Assembly: GCA_030390025.1 (NCBI GenBank)
Contig: CM059431.1
Span: 98,086,001 to 98,150,000 of the forward strand
DNA from: Squalus acanthias
Lineage: Eukaryota
Reading direction: 5' to 3'
Length of the DNA: 64,000 nucleotides
In this document: positions 22,780-36,200 of the stretch, one piece after another
Layout: every line of letters begins with the position of its first letter
Position numbering within the stretch: the stretch's first letter is position 1
Translations under genes and position numbers: made by a program
Notes under the pieces: model-generated
Seen by the model: only the letters and a program-made list of their open reading frames with translations
The model's database searches: none
Told to the model about the DNA's origin: nothing

Positions 22780-23671
22780 GGGGGAGAAATTCAGTATCGC
22801 CCCATTTGGGGCGCAATTATCGGCCGGGCGCAAAGATTAGCGCCTGGCGCTAATTATCGCCACCGACTGCAAACTTGACTTTTATCGCCCCTGGAGGTGA
22901 TTGGAGCGCTAAATCAGGCGCTGCACACCTGTCTTAAGGCGCAAAGGCCGAGGAGCGAGGCGCTACCTCAGAGCGCTGGCGAAGCTCATCTGATGTCAGT
23001 CAGCAATGGAACACACACACAATGGCACGGGACAGTTCTTAAAGGGGATGGTTAATCTTGCTTTCCATCCACATCCTGCTCATTGCAACTTGAATCTCGG
23101 CCTGGAGAGACCTGCACATCAAATCTGCTGGAAAGAACAATGGAGAGTACCAGGGAAAGAGCTCAGAGTGCAGCCCCCACAGTCTCTTCTAAATCGATAC
23201 AAGGAATGGCAAATCAAAATGAACCTGCAAAGTGCTGCTCAGTACCCAAAACTCCTTCACACAACGTTGAATCTCTCCAGAAGTCTCTCCCTCTCTCTCT
23301 CAGAATGCATAGTTCAAAAATGGCACCAACAATAAAAGGCAGGATGCGGTCACCTTTAAATAGCGCTCCCCCTTTCCCTTCATGACTGCAGAACGCTCCC
23401 CTCAACCTGTCGTTGCTAGCGTCAGGCGGTAAGGCAGGGGGCGCCACTCAATATCCGCTCCGGGGCGATACCGGGGCGTTGCGCACTCGACTGACGTCAC
23501 GATCTGCCGGCGCAGGAGATTGTGGCGGTAGTGTTTAGCGCCGCCGCAAAATGTCTAGTTAATTTCGCGAGCGGCGCAAACTTCGCCGCGCCTGGGCGCT
23601 AGATGCTTTGCACCCCATTAGCGCCCTCTTAAGGCGCTAACAGGAGGCGCAACCAACTGAATTTTTTCCCC
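22780..23671. mobile_element. GC-rich MITE (same group, different interior)
   Basis: GGGGGAGAAATTCAG...CTGAATTTTTTCCCC inverted ends flanked by TTT on both sides; shared subterminal TTTGCACCCC-TTAGCGCC...GGCGCTAA block. Confidence 0.78.
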
Positions 23672-24244
23672 TTTGAACACACAAAGTGTACATACCGACA
23701 TCATGAACAATCTCACCAAAGCCCATGGATAGAAAATCCCGGGGAGTGCAGCCCTCAAACTCCTGGTGCGCTCCCCCGACATGTGAGGCTCCATGCTGGG
23801 AGAGCTATTTTGTAAAATAACACTCGTTCCTCTTCAGAACTCTGTCACAGTGACTCAGTGAGCTCCAGGTTGTGTAATGCTTTAATAATGATAATAACCA
23901 CTCAAATTGTGGAGCTCACAAACGAAACATAACAGACTCGTTCTCCACTGTAACGAGAGAGCCCCAAGAACTGGAGGAGACCTGAAGCTGTTATTCCTTC
24001 TCAAGTAAGGCGCCAAATCTAACTGTTTGATTACTGCCCCCGCAATCCCTGTTGCCCATGCACTGGTGCTTTCTAAAGTAGTGGAAGCTGCTCTTAACCT
24101 TTAAGGTTCTGGATTACTCTAGGAATGATGAAACAAACCAGAAACCACCAAGAATTGACAAGTTGCAATAATAGATTGGCAGGGCTACCAGTTCTATTCT
24201 GAGCGGCAACCCATTTATCATTAATGGTGCTTGGATCACAGACA

Positions 24245-27200
24245 GGGATCTATCCCATAGTGAAGATTTTATTCAACAGTGAGAATTCGATCCAACAGTG
24301 AGGAGTCTCTCCCACAATGAGGAATCTATCCCACAGTGAGGAGTCTATCCCACAGTGAGGAGTCTATCCCACAGTGAGGATTCTATCCCACAGTAAGGAT
24401 TCTATCCCACAGTGAGGAGTATATCCCACAGTGAAGATTCTATCCCACAGTGAAGATTCTATTCCACACTGAGGAGTCTATCCTACAGTGAAGATTCTAT
24501 ACCACAGTGAGGATTCGATCCCACAGTGAAGAGTCTCACCCACAGTGAGGAGTCTATCCCACAGAGAGGAGTCTATCCCACAGTGCGGATTCGATCCCAC
24601 AGTGAGGAGTCTATCCCACAGTGATGATTCTATCCCACAGTGAGGAGTCTATCCCACAGTGAGGAGTCTATCCCACAGTGAGGAGTCTATCCCACAGTGA
24701 GGAGTCGATCCAACAGTGAGGATTCTATCCCACAGTGAGGATTCTATTCCACAGTGAAGAGTATATCCCACAGTGAGGATTCTATCCCACAGTGAGGAGT
24801 CTATCCCACAGTGAAGAGTCTATCACACAGTGAGGAGTCTATCCCACAGTGAGGAGTCTATCCCACAGTGAGGAGTCGATCCCACAGTGAAGAGTCTATC
24901 CCACAATGAGGATTCTATCCCACATTGAGGATTCTATCCCACAGTAAGGATTCTATCCCACAGTGAGGATTCTATCCCACAATGAGGATTCTATCCCACA
25001 GTGAGGAGTCTATCCCACAGTGAAGAGTCTATCCCACAGTGAGGATTCTATCCCACAGTGAAGAACTATCCCACAGTGAGGATTCTATCCCACAGTGAAG
25101 AGTCTATCCCACAGTGAGGATTTTATCCCACAGTGAGGAGTCTATCCCACAGTGAGGAGTCTAACCCACAGTGAGGAGTCTATCCCACAGTGAGGATTCT
25201 ATTCCATAGTGAGGAGTATATTCCACAGTGAATAGTCAATCCCACAGTGAGGACTCTATCCCACAGTGAGGAGTCTATCCCACAGTGAGGAACTATCCCA
25301 CAGTGAGGAGTCTATCCCACAGTGAGGAGTCTATCCCACAGTGAGGATTCCATCCCACAGTGCGGATTCTATCCCACAGTGAGGAGTCTATTCCTCAGCG
25401 AAGAGTCTATCCCACAGTGAGGAGTCTATCCCACAGTGAGGATTCTATTCCATAGTGAGGAGTATATTCCACAGTGAATAGTCAATCCCACAGTGAGGAC
25501 TCTATCCCACAGTGAGGAGTCTATCCCACAGTGAGGAACTATCCCACAGTGAGGAGTCTATCCCACAGTGAGGAGTCTATCCCACAGTGAGGATTCCATC
25601 CCACAGTGCGGATTCTATCCCACAGTGAGGAGTCTATTCCTCAGCGAAGAGTCTATCCCACAGTGAGGAGTCTATCCCACAGTGAGGAGTCTATCCCACA
25701 GTGAGGAGTCTATCCCACAGTGAGGAGTCTATCCTATAGTGAAGAGTCTATCCCACAGTGAGGAGTCTATCCGACAGTGAAGTGTCTATCCCACAGTCAG
25801 GAGTCTATCCCACAGTGAGGATTCTATCCCACAGTGAGGAGTCTATCCCACAGTGAAGAGTCTATCCCACAGTGAGGAGTCTATCCCACAGTGAGGAGTC
25901 TATCCCACGGTGAGGATTCTATCCCACAGTGAGGAGTCTATCCCACAGTGAAGAGTCTATCCCACAATGAGGATTCTATCCCATATTGAGGATTCTATGC
26001 CACAGTGAGGATTCTATACCACAGTGAGGATTCTATCCCACAATGAGGATTCTATCCCACAGTGAAAATTCTATCCCACAGTGAGGATTCTATCCCACAG
26101 TGTGGAGTCTATTCCACAGTGAGGAGTCTATCCCACAGTGAAAAGTCTATCCCACAGTGAGGATTCTAACCCACAGTGAGGATTCTATCCCACAGTGAGG
26201 ATCTATCACACAGTGAGGAGACAATCCCACAGTGAAAAGTCTATCCCACAGTGAGGATTCTATCCCACAGTGAGGATTCTATCCCACAGTGAAGATCTAT
26301 CCCACAGTGAGGAGTCTATCCCACAGTGAAGATTCTATCCCACAGTGAAGAGTCTATCCCACAGTAAAGATTCTATCCCACAGTGAGGAGTCTATCCCAC
26401 AGTGAAGAGTCTATCCCACAGTGAGGATCTATCCCACAGTGAGGAGTCTATCCCACGGTGAGGATTCTATCCAACAATGAGGATTCTATCCCACAGTGAG
26501 GAGTCTATCCCACAGTGAGGAGTCTATCCCACAATGAGGATCCTATCCGACAGTGAGGAGTCTATTCCACAGTGAAGTGTCTATCCCACAGTGAGGATTC
26601 TATGCCACAGTGAGGAGTCTATCCCACAGTGAGGATTCTATCCCACAGTGAGGAGTCTATCCCACAGTGAAGAGTTTATCCCACAGTGAACTGTCTATCC
26701 CACAGTGAGGAGTCTATCCCACAGTGAGGAGTCTATCACACAGTGTGGATTCTATCCCACAGTGAGGAGTCTATCCCACAGTGAGGAGTCTATCTGACAG
26801 TGAGGAGTCTATCCCACAGTGAGGAGTCTATGCCACAGTGTGGAGTCTATCCCACAGTGAGGATTCTATCCCACAGTGAGGAGTCTATCCCACAGTGAAG
26901 AGTCTATCCCACAGTGAGGAGTCTATCCCACAGTGAGGAGTCTATCCCACAGTGAATAGTCTATCCCACAGTGAGGAGTCTATCCCACAGTGAATAGTCT
27001 CTCCCACAGTGAGGAGTCTATCCCACAGTGAGCAGTCTATTCCACAGTGAAGAGCCTATTCCACAGTGAGGATTCTATCCCACAGTGAAGATTCTATCCC
27101 ACAGTGAGGATTCTATCCCACAGTAAGGAATCTATCCCACAGTGAGGATTCTATCCCACAGTGAAGAGTCTATCCCACAGTGAGGAGTGTATCCCACAGT

Positions 27201-30200
27201 GAGGAGTCTATCCCACAGTGAAGAGTCTATCCCACAGTGTGTAGTCTATCCCACAGTGAGGATTCTATCCCGCAGTGAGGATTCTAACTCACAGTGAAGG
27301 GTCTATCCCACAGTGAGGATTCTATCCTACAGTGAAGAGTCTATCCCACAGTGAGGATTCTATCGCACACTGAGGATTCTATCCCACAGTGAGGATTCTA
27401 TCCCACAGTGAAGAGTCTATCCCACAGTGAGGATTCTATCCTACAGTGAGGAGACTATCCCACAGTGAAGATTCTATCCCACAGTGAGCATTCGATCCCA
27501 CAGAGAGGAGTCTTTCCCACAGTGAGGATCGATCCCAAAGTGAGGTGTCTATCACAAAGTGAGGATTCTATCCCACAGTGAGGAGTCTATTCCACAGTGA
27601 AGAGTCTATCCCACAGTGAGAAGTCTATCCCACAGTGAAGATTCTATCCCACAGTGAGGATCTATCCCACAGTGAGGATTCTATCCCACAGTGAGGAGTC
27701 TATCCCACAGTGAGGAGTCGATCCAACAGTGAGGATTCTATCCCACAGTGAGGATTCTATCCCACAGTGAGGAGTCTATCCCACAGTGAGGAAGTCTATC
27801 CCACAGTGAGGATTCTATCCCTTAGTGAGGAGACAACCCACAGTGAGGAGTCTATCCCACAGTGAGGAGTCTATCCTACAGTGAAGAGTCTATCCCACAG
27901 TGTAGAGTCTAGCACACAGTGAAGAGTCTATCCCACAGTCAAAAGTCTATCCCCCAGTGAGGAGTCTATCCCACTGTGAGGATTCTATCCCACAGTGAGG
28001 ATTCTATCCCACAGTGAGGAGTCTATCCCTCAGTGAGGAGTCTATCCTACAGTGAGGATTCTATCCCACAGTGAGGATTCTATCCTACAGTGAGGAGTCT
28101 ATCCTACAGTGAGGATTCTATCCCACAGTGAGGAGTCAGCCCACAGTGAGGAGTCTATCCCACAGTGAAGAGTCTATCCCACAGTGAGGAGTCTATCCCA
28201 CAGTGAAGAGTCTATCCCACAGTGAGGAGTGTATCCCACAGTGAGGAGTCTATCCCACAGTGAGGAGTCTCTCTGACAGTGAAGAGTCTTTCCCACAGTG
28301 GGGAGTTTATCCCACAGTGAAGATTCTATCCCACAGTGAGGATTCTATCCCACAGTGAAGAGTCTATTCCACAGTGAGGATTCTATCCCACAGTGAAGAA
28401 TCTATCCCACAGTGAGGATTCTATCCCACAGTAAGGAATCTATCCCACAGTGAGGATTCCATCCCACAGTGAAGAGTCTATCCCACAGTGAAGAGTCTAT
28501 CCCACAGTGTGGAGTCTATCCCACAGTGAGGATTCTATCCCACAGTGAGAATTCTATCCCACAGTGAAGAGTCTATCCCACAGTGAGGATTCTATCCCAC
28601 AGTGAGGAGTCTATCCCACAGTGAAGAGTCTATCCCACAGTGTGGAGTTTATCCCACAGTGAGGATTTTATCCCACAGTGAGGATTCTATCTCACAGTGA
28701 AGAGTCTATCCCACAGTGAGGATTATATCCTACAGTGAAGAGTCCATCCCACAGTGAGGATTCTATCGCACACTGAGGATTCTATCCCACAGTGAGGATT
28801 CTATCCCACAGTGAAGAGTCTATCCCACAGTGAGGATTCTATCCTACAGTGAGGAGATTATCCCACAGTGAAGATTCTATCCCACAGTGAGGATTCGATC
28901 CCACAGTGAGGAGTCTATCCCACAGTGAGGATCTATCCCAAAGTGAGGTGTCTATCACACAGTGAGGATTCTATCCCACAGTGAGGAGTCTATTCCACAG
29001 TGAAGAGTCTATCCCACAGTGAGAAGTCTATCCCACAGTGAAGATTCTATCCCACAGTGAGGTTCTATCCCACAGTGAGGATTCTATCCCACAGTGAGGA
29101 GTCTATCCCACAGTGAGGAGTCGATCCAACAGTGAGGATTCTATCCCACAGTGAGGATTCTATCCCACAGTGAGGAGTCTATCCCACAGTGAGGAAGTCT
29201 ATCCCACAGTGAGGATTCTATCCCATAGTGAGCAGACAACCCACAGTGAGGAGTCTATCCCACAGTGAGGAGTCTATCCCACAGTGAAGAGTCTATCCCA
29301 CAGTGTAGAGTCTAGCACACAGTGAAGAGTCTATCCCACAGTGAAAAGTCTATCCCCCAGTGAGGAGTCTATCCCACTGTGAGGATTCTATCCCACAGTG
29401 AGGATTCTATCCCCCAGTGAGGAGTCTATCCCTCAGTGAGGAGTCTATCCTACAGTGAGGATTCTATCTCACAGTTAGGATTCTATCCTACAGTGAGGAG
29501 TCTATCCTACAGTGAGGATTCTATCCCACAGTGAGGAGTCAGCCCACAGTGAGGAGACTATCCCACAGTGAAGAGTCTATCCCACAGTGAGGAGTCTATC
29601 CCACAGTGAAGAGTCTATCCCACAGTGAGGAGTGTATCCCACAGTGAGGAGTCTATCCCACAGTGAGGAGTCTCTCCGACAGTGAAGACTCTTTCCCACA
29701 GTGAGGAGTCTATCCCACAGTGACGAGTCTATTCCACAGTGAGGATTCTATCCCCCAGTGAGGAGTCTATCCCACAGTGAAGATTCTATCCCACAGTGAG
29801 GATTCTATCCCACATTGAAGAGTCTATCCCACAGTGAGGATTCTATCCCACAGTGAGGAGTCAGCCCACAGTGAGGAGTCTATCCCACAGTGAAGAGTCT
29901 ATCCCACAGTGAGGAGTCTATCCCACAGTGAAGAGTCTATCCCACAGTGAGGAGTGTATCCCACAGTGAGGAGTCTATCCCACAGTGAGGAGTCTCTCTG
30001 ACAGTGAAGAATCTTTCCCACAGTGACGAGTCTATTCCACAGTGAGGATTCTATCCCCCAGTGGGGAGTCTATCCCACAGTGAAGATTCTATCCCACAGT
30101 GAGGATTCTATCCCACAGTGAAGAGTCTATTCCACAGTGAGGATTCTATCCCACAGTGAAGAATCTATCCCACAGTGAGGATTCTATCCCACAGTAAGGA

Positions 30201-33200
30201 ATCTATCCCACAGTGAGGATTCCATCCCACAGTGAAGAGTCTATCCCACAGTGAAGAGTCTATCCCACAGTGTGGAGTCTATCCCACAGTGAGGATTCTA
30301 TCCCACAGTGAGAATTCTATCCCACAGTGAAGAGTCTATCCCACAGTGAGGATTCTATCCCACAGTGAGGAGTCTATCCCACAGTGAAGAGTCTATCCCA
30401 CAATGTGGAGTTTATCCCACAGTGAGGATTTTATCCCACAGTGAGGATTCTATCTCACAGTGAAGAGTCTATCCCACAGTGAGGATTATATCCTACAGTG
30501 AAGAGTCCATCCCACAGTGAGGATTCTATCGCACACTGAGGATTTTATCCCACAGTGAGGATTCTATCCCACAGTGAAGAGTCTATCCCACAGTGAGGAT
30601 TCTATCCTACAGTGAGGAGATTATCCCACAGTGAAGATTCTATCCCACAGTGAGGATTCGATCCCACAGTGAGGAGTCTATCCCACAGTGAGGATCTATC
30701 CCAAAGTGAGGTGTCTATCACACAGTGAGGATTCTATCCCACAGTGAGGAGTCTATTCCACAGTGAAGAGTCTATCCCACAGTGAGAAGTCTATCCCACA
30801 GTGAAGATTCTATCCCACAGTGAGGTTCTATCCCACAGTGAGGATTCTATCCCACAGTGAGGAGTCTATCCCACAGTGAGGAGTCGATCCAACAGTGAGG
30901 ATTCTATCCCACAGTGAGGATTCTATCCCACAGTGAGGAGTCTATCCCACAGTGAGGAAGTCTATCCCACAGTGAGGATTCTATCCCATAGTGAGCAGAC
31001 AACCCACAGTGAGGAGTCTATCCCACAGTGAGGAGTCTATCCCACAGTGAAGAGTCTATCCCACAGTGTAGAGTCTAGCACACAGTGAAGAGTCTATCCC
31101 ACAGTGAAAAGTCTATCCCCCAGTGAGGAGTCTATCCCACTGTGAGGATTCTATCCCACAGTGAGGATTCTATCCCCCAGTGAGGAGTCTATCCCTCAGT
31201 GAGGAGTCTATCCTACAGTGAGGATTCAATCTCACAGTTACGATTCTATCCTACAGTGAGGAGTCTATCCTACAGTGAGGATTCTATCCCACAGTGAGGA
31301 GTCAGCCCACAGTGAGGAGACTATCCCACAGTGAAGAGTCTATCCCACAGTGAGGAGTCTATCCCACAGTGAGGAGTCTATCCCGCAGTGAGGAGTGTAT
31401 CCCACAGTGAGGAGTCTATCCCACAGTGAGGAGTCTCTCCGACAGTGAAGACTCTTTCCCACAGTGAGGAGTCTATCCCACAGTGACGAGTCTATTCCAC
31501 AGTGAGGATTCTATCCCCCAGTGAGGAGTCTATCCCACAGTGAAGATTCTATCTCACAGTGAGGATTCTATCCCACATTGAAGAGTCTATCCCACAGTGA
31601 GGATTTTATCCCACAGTGAAGAATCTATCCCACAGTGAGGATTCTATCCCACAGTAAGGAATCTATCCCACAGTGAGGATTCCATCCCACGGTGAAGCAT
31701 CTATCCCACAGTGAAGAGTCTATCCCACAGTGTGGAGTCTATCCCACAGTGAGGATTCTATCCCACAGTGAGGATTCTATCCCACAGTGAGGAGTCTATC
31801 CCACAGTGAGGATTCTATCCCACAGTGAAGAGTCTATCCCACAGTGAGGATTCTATCCCACACTGAGGATTCTATCCGACAGTGAGGATTCAATCCCACA
31901 GTGAGGATTCGATCCCACAGTGAGGAGTCTATCCCACAGTGAGGATCTATCCCACAGTGAGGAGTCTATCACACAGTGAGGATTCTATCCCACAGTGAGG
32001 AGCCTATTCCACAGTGAAGAGTCTATCCCACAGTGAGAATTCTATCCCACAGTGAGAAGTCTATCCCACAGTGAAGAATCTATCCCACAGTGAGGATTCG
32101 ATCCCACATTGAGGAGTCTATCCCACAGTGAGGAGTCGATCCAAAGTAAGGATTCTATCCCACAGTGAGGATTCTATCCCACAGTGAGGAGTCTATCCCA
32201 CAGTGAGGAAGTCTATCCCACAGTGAGGAAGTCAATCCCACAGTGAGGATTCTATCCCATAATGAGCAGACAACCCACAGTGAGGAATCTATCCCACAGT
32301 GAGGAGTCTATCCCACAGTGAAGAGTCTATCCCACAGTGTAGAGTCTAGCACACAGTGAAGAGTCTATCCCACAGTGAAAAGTCTATCCCCCAGTGAGGA
32401 GTCTATCCCACTGTGAGGATTCTATCCCACAGTGAGGATTCTATACCACAGTGAGGAGTCTATCCCTCAGTGAGGAGTCTATCCTACAGTGAGGATTCTA
32501 TCCCACAGTTAGGATTCTATCCTACAGTGAGGAGTCTATCCTACAGTGAGGATTCTATCCCACAGTGAGCAGTCAGCCCACAGTGAGGAGTCAACCCACA
32601 GTGAGGAGTCTATCCCACAGTGAGGAGTCAACCCACAGTGAGGAGTCTATCCCACAGTGAAAAGTCTATCCCCCAGTGAGGATTCTATTCCACAGTGAAG
32701 AGTCTATCCCACAGTGAGGAGTCTATCCCTCAGTGAGGAGTCTATCCTACAGTGAGGATTCTATCCCACAGTGAAAAATCTATCCTACAGTGAGGAGTCT
32801 ATCACACAGTGAGCAGTCTATCCCACAGTGAGGATGTATCCCACAGTGAGGAGTCTATCACACAGTGAGGATTCTATCCCACAATGTGCAGCCTATTCCA
32901 CAATGAAGAGTCTATCCCACAATGAGAAGTCTATCCCACAGTGAAGAATCTATCCCACAGTGAGGATCTATCCCACAGTGAGGATTCTATCCCACATTGA
33001 GGAGTCTATCCCACAGTGAGGAGTCGATCCAACAGTGAGGATTCTATCCCACAGTGAGGATTCTATCCCACAGTGAGGAGTCTATCCCACAGTGAGGAAG
33101 TCTATCCCACAGTGAGGAGTCTATCCCACAGTGAGGAGTCTATCCCACAGTGAAGAGTCTATCGCACAGTGAAGATTCTATCCCACAGTGAAGAGTCTAT

Positions 33201-36200
33201 CCCACAGTGAAAAGTCTATCCCCCAGTGAGGATTCTATCCCACAGTGAAGAGTCTATCCCACAGTGAGGATTCTATCCCACAGTGAAGAGTCTATCCCAC
33301 AGTGAGGATTCTATCCCACAGTAAGGAATCTATCCCACAGTGAGGATTCCATCCCACAGTGAAGAGTCTATCCCACAGTGAAGAATCTATCCCACAGTGT
33401 GGAGTCTATCCCACAGTGAGGATTCTATCCCACAGTGAGGATTCTATCCCACAGTGAAAAGTCTATCCCACAGTGAGGAGACTATCCCACAGTGAACAGT
33501 CTATCCCACAGTGAGGATTCTATCCCACAGTGAAGAGTCTATCCCACAGTAAGGATTCTATCCCACACTGAGGATTCTATCCCACAGTGAGGATTCTATC
33601 CCACAGTGAGGAGTCTATCCCACAGTGAAGAGTCTATCCCACAGTGAGGAGTCTATCCCTCAGTGAGGAGTCTATCCTACAGTGAGGATTCTATCCCACA
33701 GTGAGGATTCTATCCTACAGTGAGGAGTCTATCCTACAGTGAGAATTCTATCCCACAGTGAAGGGTCTATCCCACAGTGAAGATTCAATCCCACAGTGAG
33801 GATTCTATCCCCCAGTGAGGAATCTATCCCACAGTGAAGATTCTATCCCACAATGAGGATTCTATCCCACAGTGAAGAGTCTATTCCACACTGAGGATTG
33901 TATCCCACAGTGAAGAGTCTATCCCACAGTGAGGATTCTATCCCACAGTAAGGAATCTATCCCACAGTGAGGATTCCATCCCACAGTGAAGAGTCTATTC
34001 CAGAGTGAAGAGTCTATCCCACAGTGTGGAGTCTATCCCACAGTGAGGATTCTATCCCACAGTGAGGATTCTATCCCACAGTGAAGAGTCTATCACACAG
34101 TGAGGATTCTATCCCACAGTGAAGAGTCTAACCCACAGTGAGGATTCTATCCCACACTGAGGATTCTATCCCACATTGAGTATTCAATCCCACAGTGAGG
34201 ATTCGATCCCACAGTGAGGAGTCTATCCCACAGTGAGGATCTATCCCACAGTGAGGAGTCTATCACACAGTGAGGATTCTATCCCACAGTGAAGAGCCTA
34301 TTGCACAGTGAAGAGTCTATCCCACAGTGAGAATTCTATCCCACAGTGAGAAGTCTATCCCACAGTGAGGAGTCTATCCCACAGTGAGGAGTCTATCCCA
34401 CAGTGAGGAGTCTATCCCACAGTGAGGATGTATCCCACAGTGAGGAGTCTATCACACAGTGAGGATTCTATCCCACAGTGAGGAGCCTATTCCACAATGA
34501 AGAGTCTATCCCACAGTGAGGATCTATCCCACAGTGAGGATTCTATCCCACATTGAGAAGTCTGTCCCACAGTGAAGAATCTATCCCACAGTGAGGATCT
34601 ATCCCACAGTGAGGATTCTATCCCACATTGAGGAGTCTATCCCACAGTGAGGAGTCGATCCAACAGTGAGGATTCTATCCTACAGTGAGGATTCTATCCC
34701 ACAGTGAGGAGTCTATCCCACAGTGAGGAAGTCTATCCCACAGTGAGGAGTCTATCCCACAGTGAGGAGTCTATCCTACAGTGAGGAGTCTATCCCACAG
34801 TGAAGAGTCTATCGCACAGTGAAGTTTCTATCCCACAGTGAAGAGTCTATCCCACAGTGAGGATTCTATCCCACTGTGAAGATTCAATCCCACAGTGAGG
34901 ATTCTATCCCACAGTGAAGAGTCTATTCCACAGTGAGGATTCTATCCCACAGTGAAGAGTCTATCCCACACTGAGGATTCTATTCGACAGTGAGGATTCA
35001 ATCCCACAGTGAGGATTCGATCCCACAGTGAGGAGTCTATCCCACAGTGAGGATCTATTCCACAGTGAGGAGTCTATCACACAGTGAGGATTCTATCCCA
35101 CAGTGAGGAGCCTATTCCACAGTGAAGAGTCTATCCCACAGTGAAGATCTATCCCACAGTGAGGATTCTATCCCACATTGAGGAGTCTATCCCACAGTGA
35201 GGAGTCTATCCCACAGTGAGGAGTCTATCCCACAGTGAAGAGTCTATCCCACAGTGAGGATCTATCCCACAGTGAGGAGTCTATCCCACGGTAAGGATTC
35301 TATCCCACAATGAGGAGTCTATTCCACAGTGAATAGTCTATCCCACAGTGAGGAATCTATCCCACAGTGAGGAGTCTATCCCACAGTGAGGATCTATCCC
35401 ACAGTGAGGATTCTATCCCACAGTGAGGAGTCTATCCCACAGTGAGGATTCTATCCCACAGTGAGGATTCTAACCCACAGTGAGGATTCTATCCCACAGT
35501 GAGGATCTATCACACAGTGAGGATTCTATCCCACAGTGAAAAGTCTATCCCACAGTGAGGATTCTATCCCACAGTGAGGATTCTATCCCACAGTGAAGCT
35601 CTATCCCACAGTGAGGACTCTATCCCACAGTGAAGATTCTATCCCACAGTGAAGAATCTATCCCACAGTAAAGATTCTATCCCACAGTGAGGAGTCTATT
35701 CCACAGTGAATAGTCTATCCCACAGTGAGGAATCTATCCCACAGTGAGGAGTCTATCCCACAGTGAGGATCTATCCCACAGTGAGGATTCTATCCCACAG
35801 TGAGGAGTTTATCCCACAGTGAGGAGTCTATCCCACAATGAGGATTCTATCCCACAGTGATGAGTCTATCCCACAGTGAGGAGTCTAGCCCACAGTGAGG
35901 AATCTATCCCACAGTGAGGATTCTATCCCACAGTGAGGAGTCTATTCCACAGTGACTAGTCTAACCCACAGTGAGGATTCTATCCCACAGTGAGGAGTCT
36001 ATCCCACAGTGAGGATTCTATCCCACAGTGAGGAGTCTATTCCACAGTGAAGTGTCTAGCCACAGTGAGGATTCTATCCCACAGTGAGGAGTCTATCCTA
36101 CAGTGAGGAGTGTATCCCACAGTGCGGAGTCTATCCCACAGTGAGGATTCTATGCCACAGTGAGGAGTCTATCCCACAGTGAGGATTCTATACCACAGTG

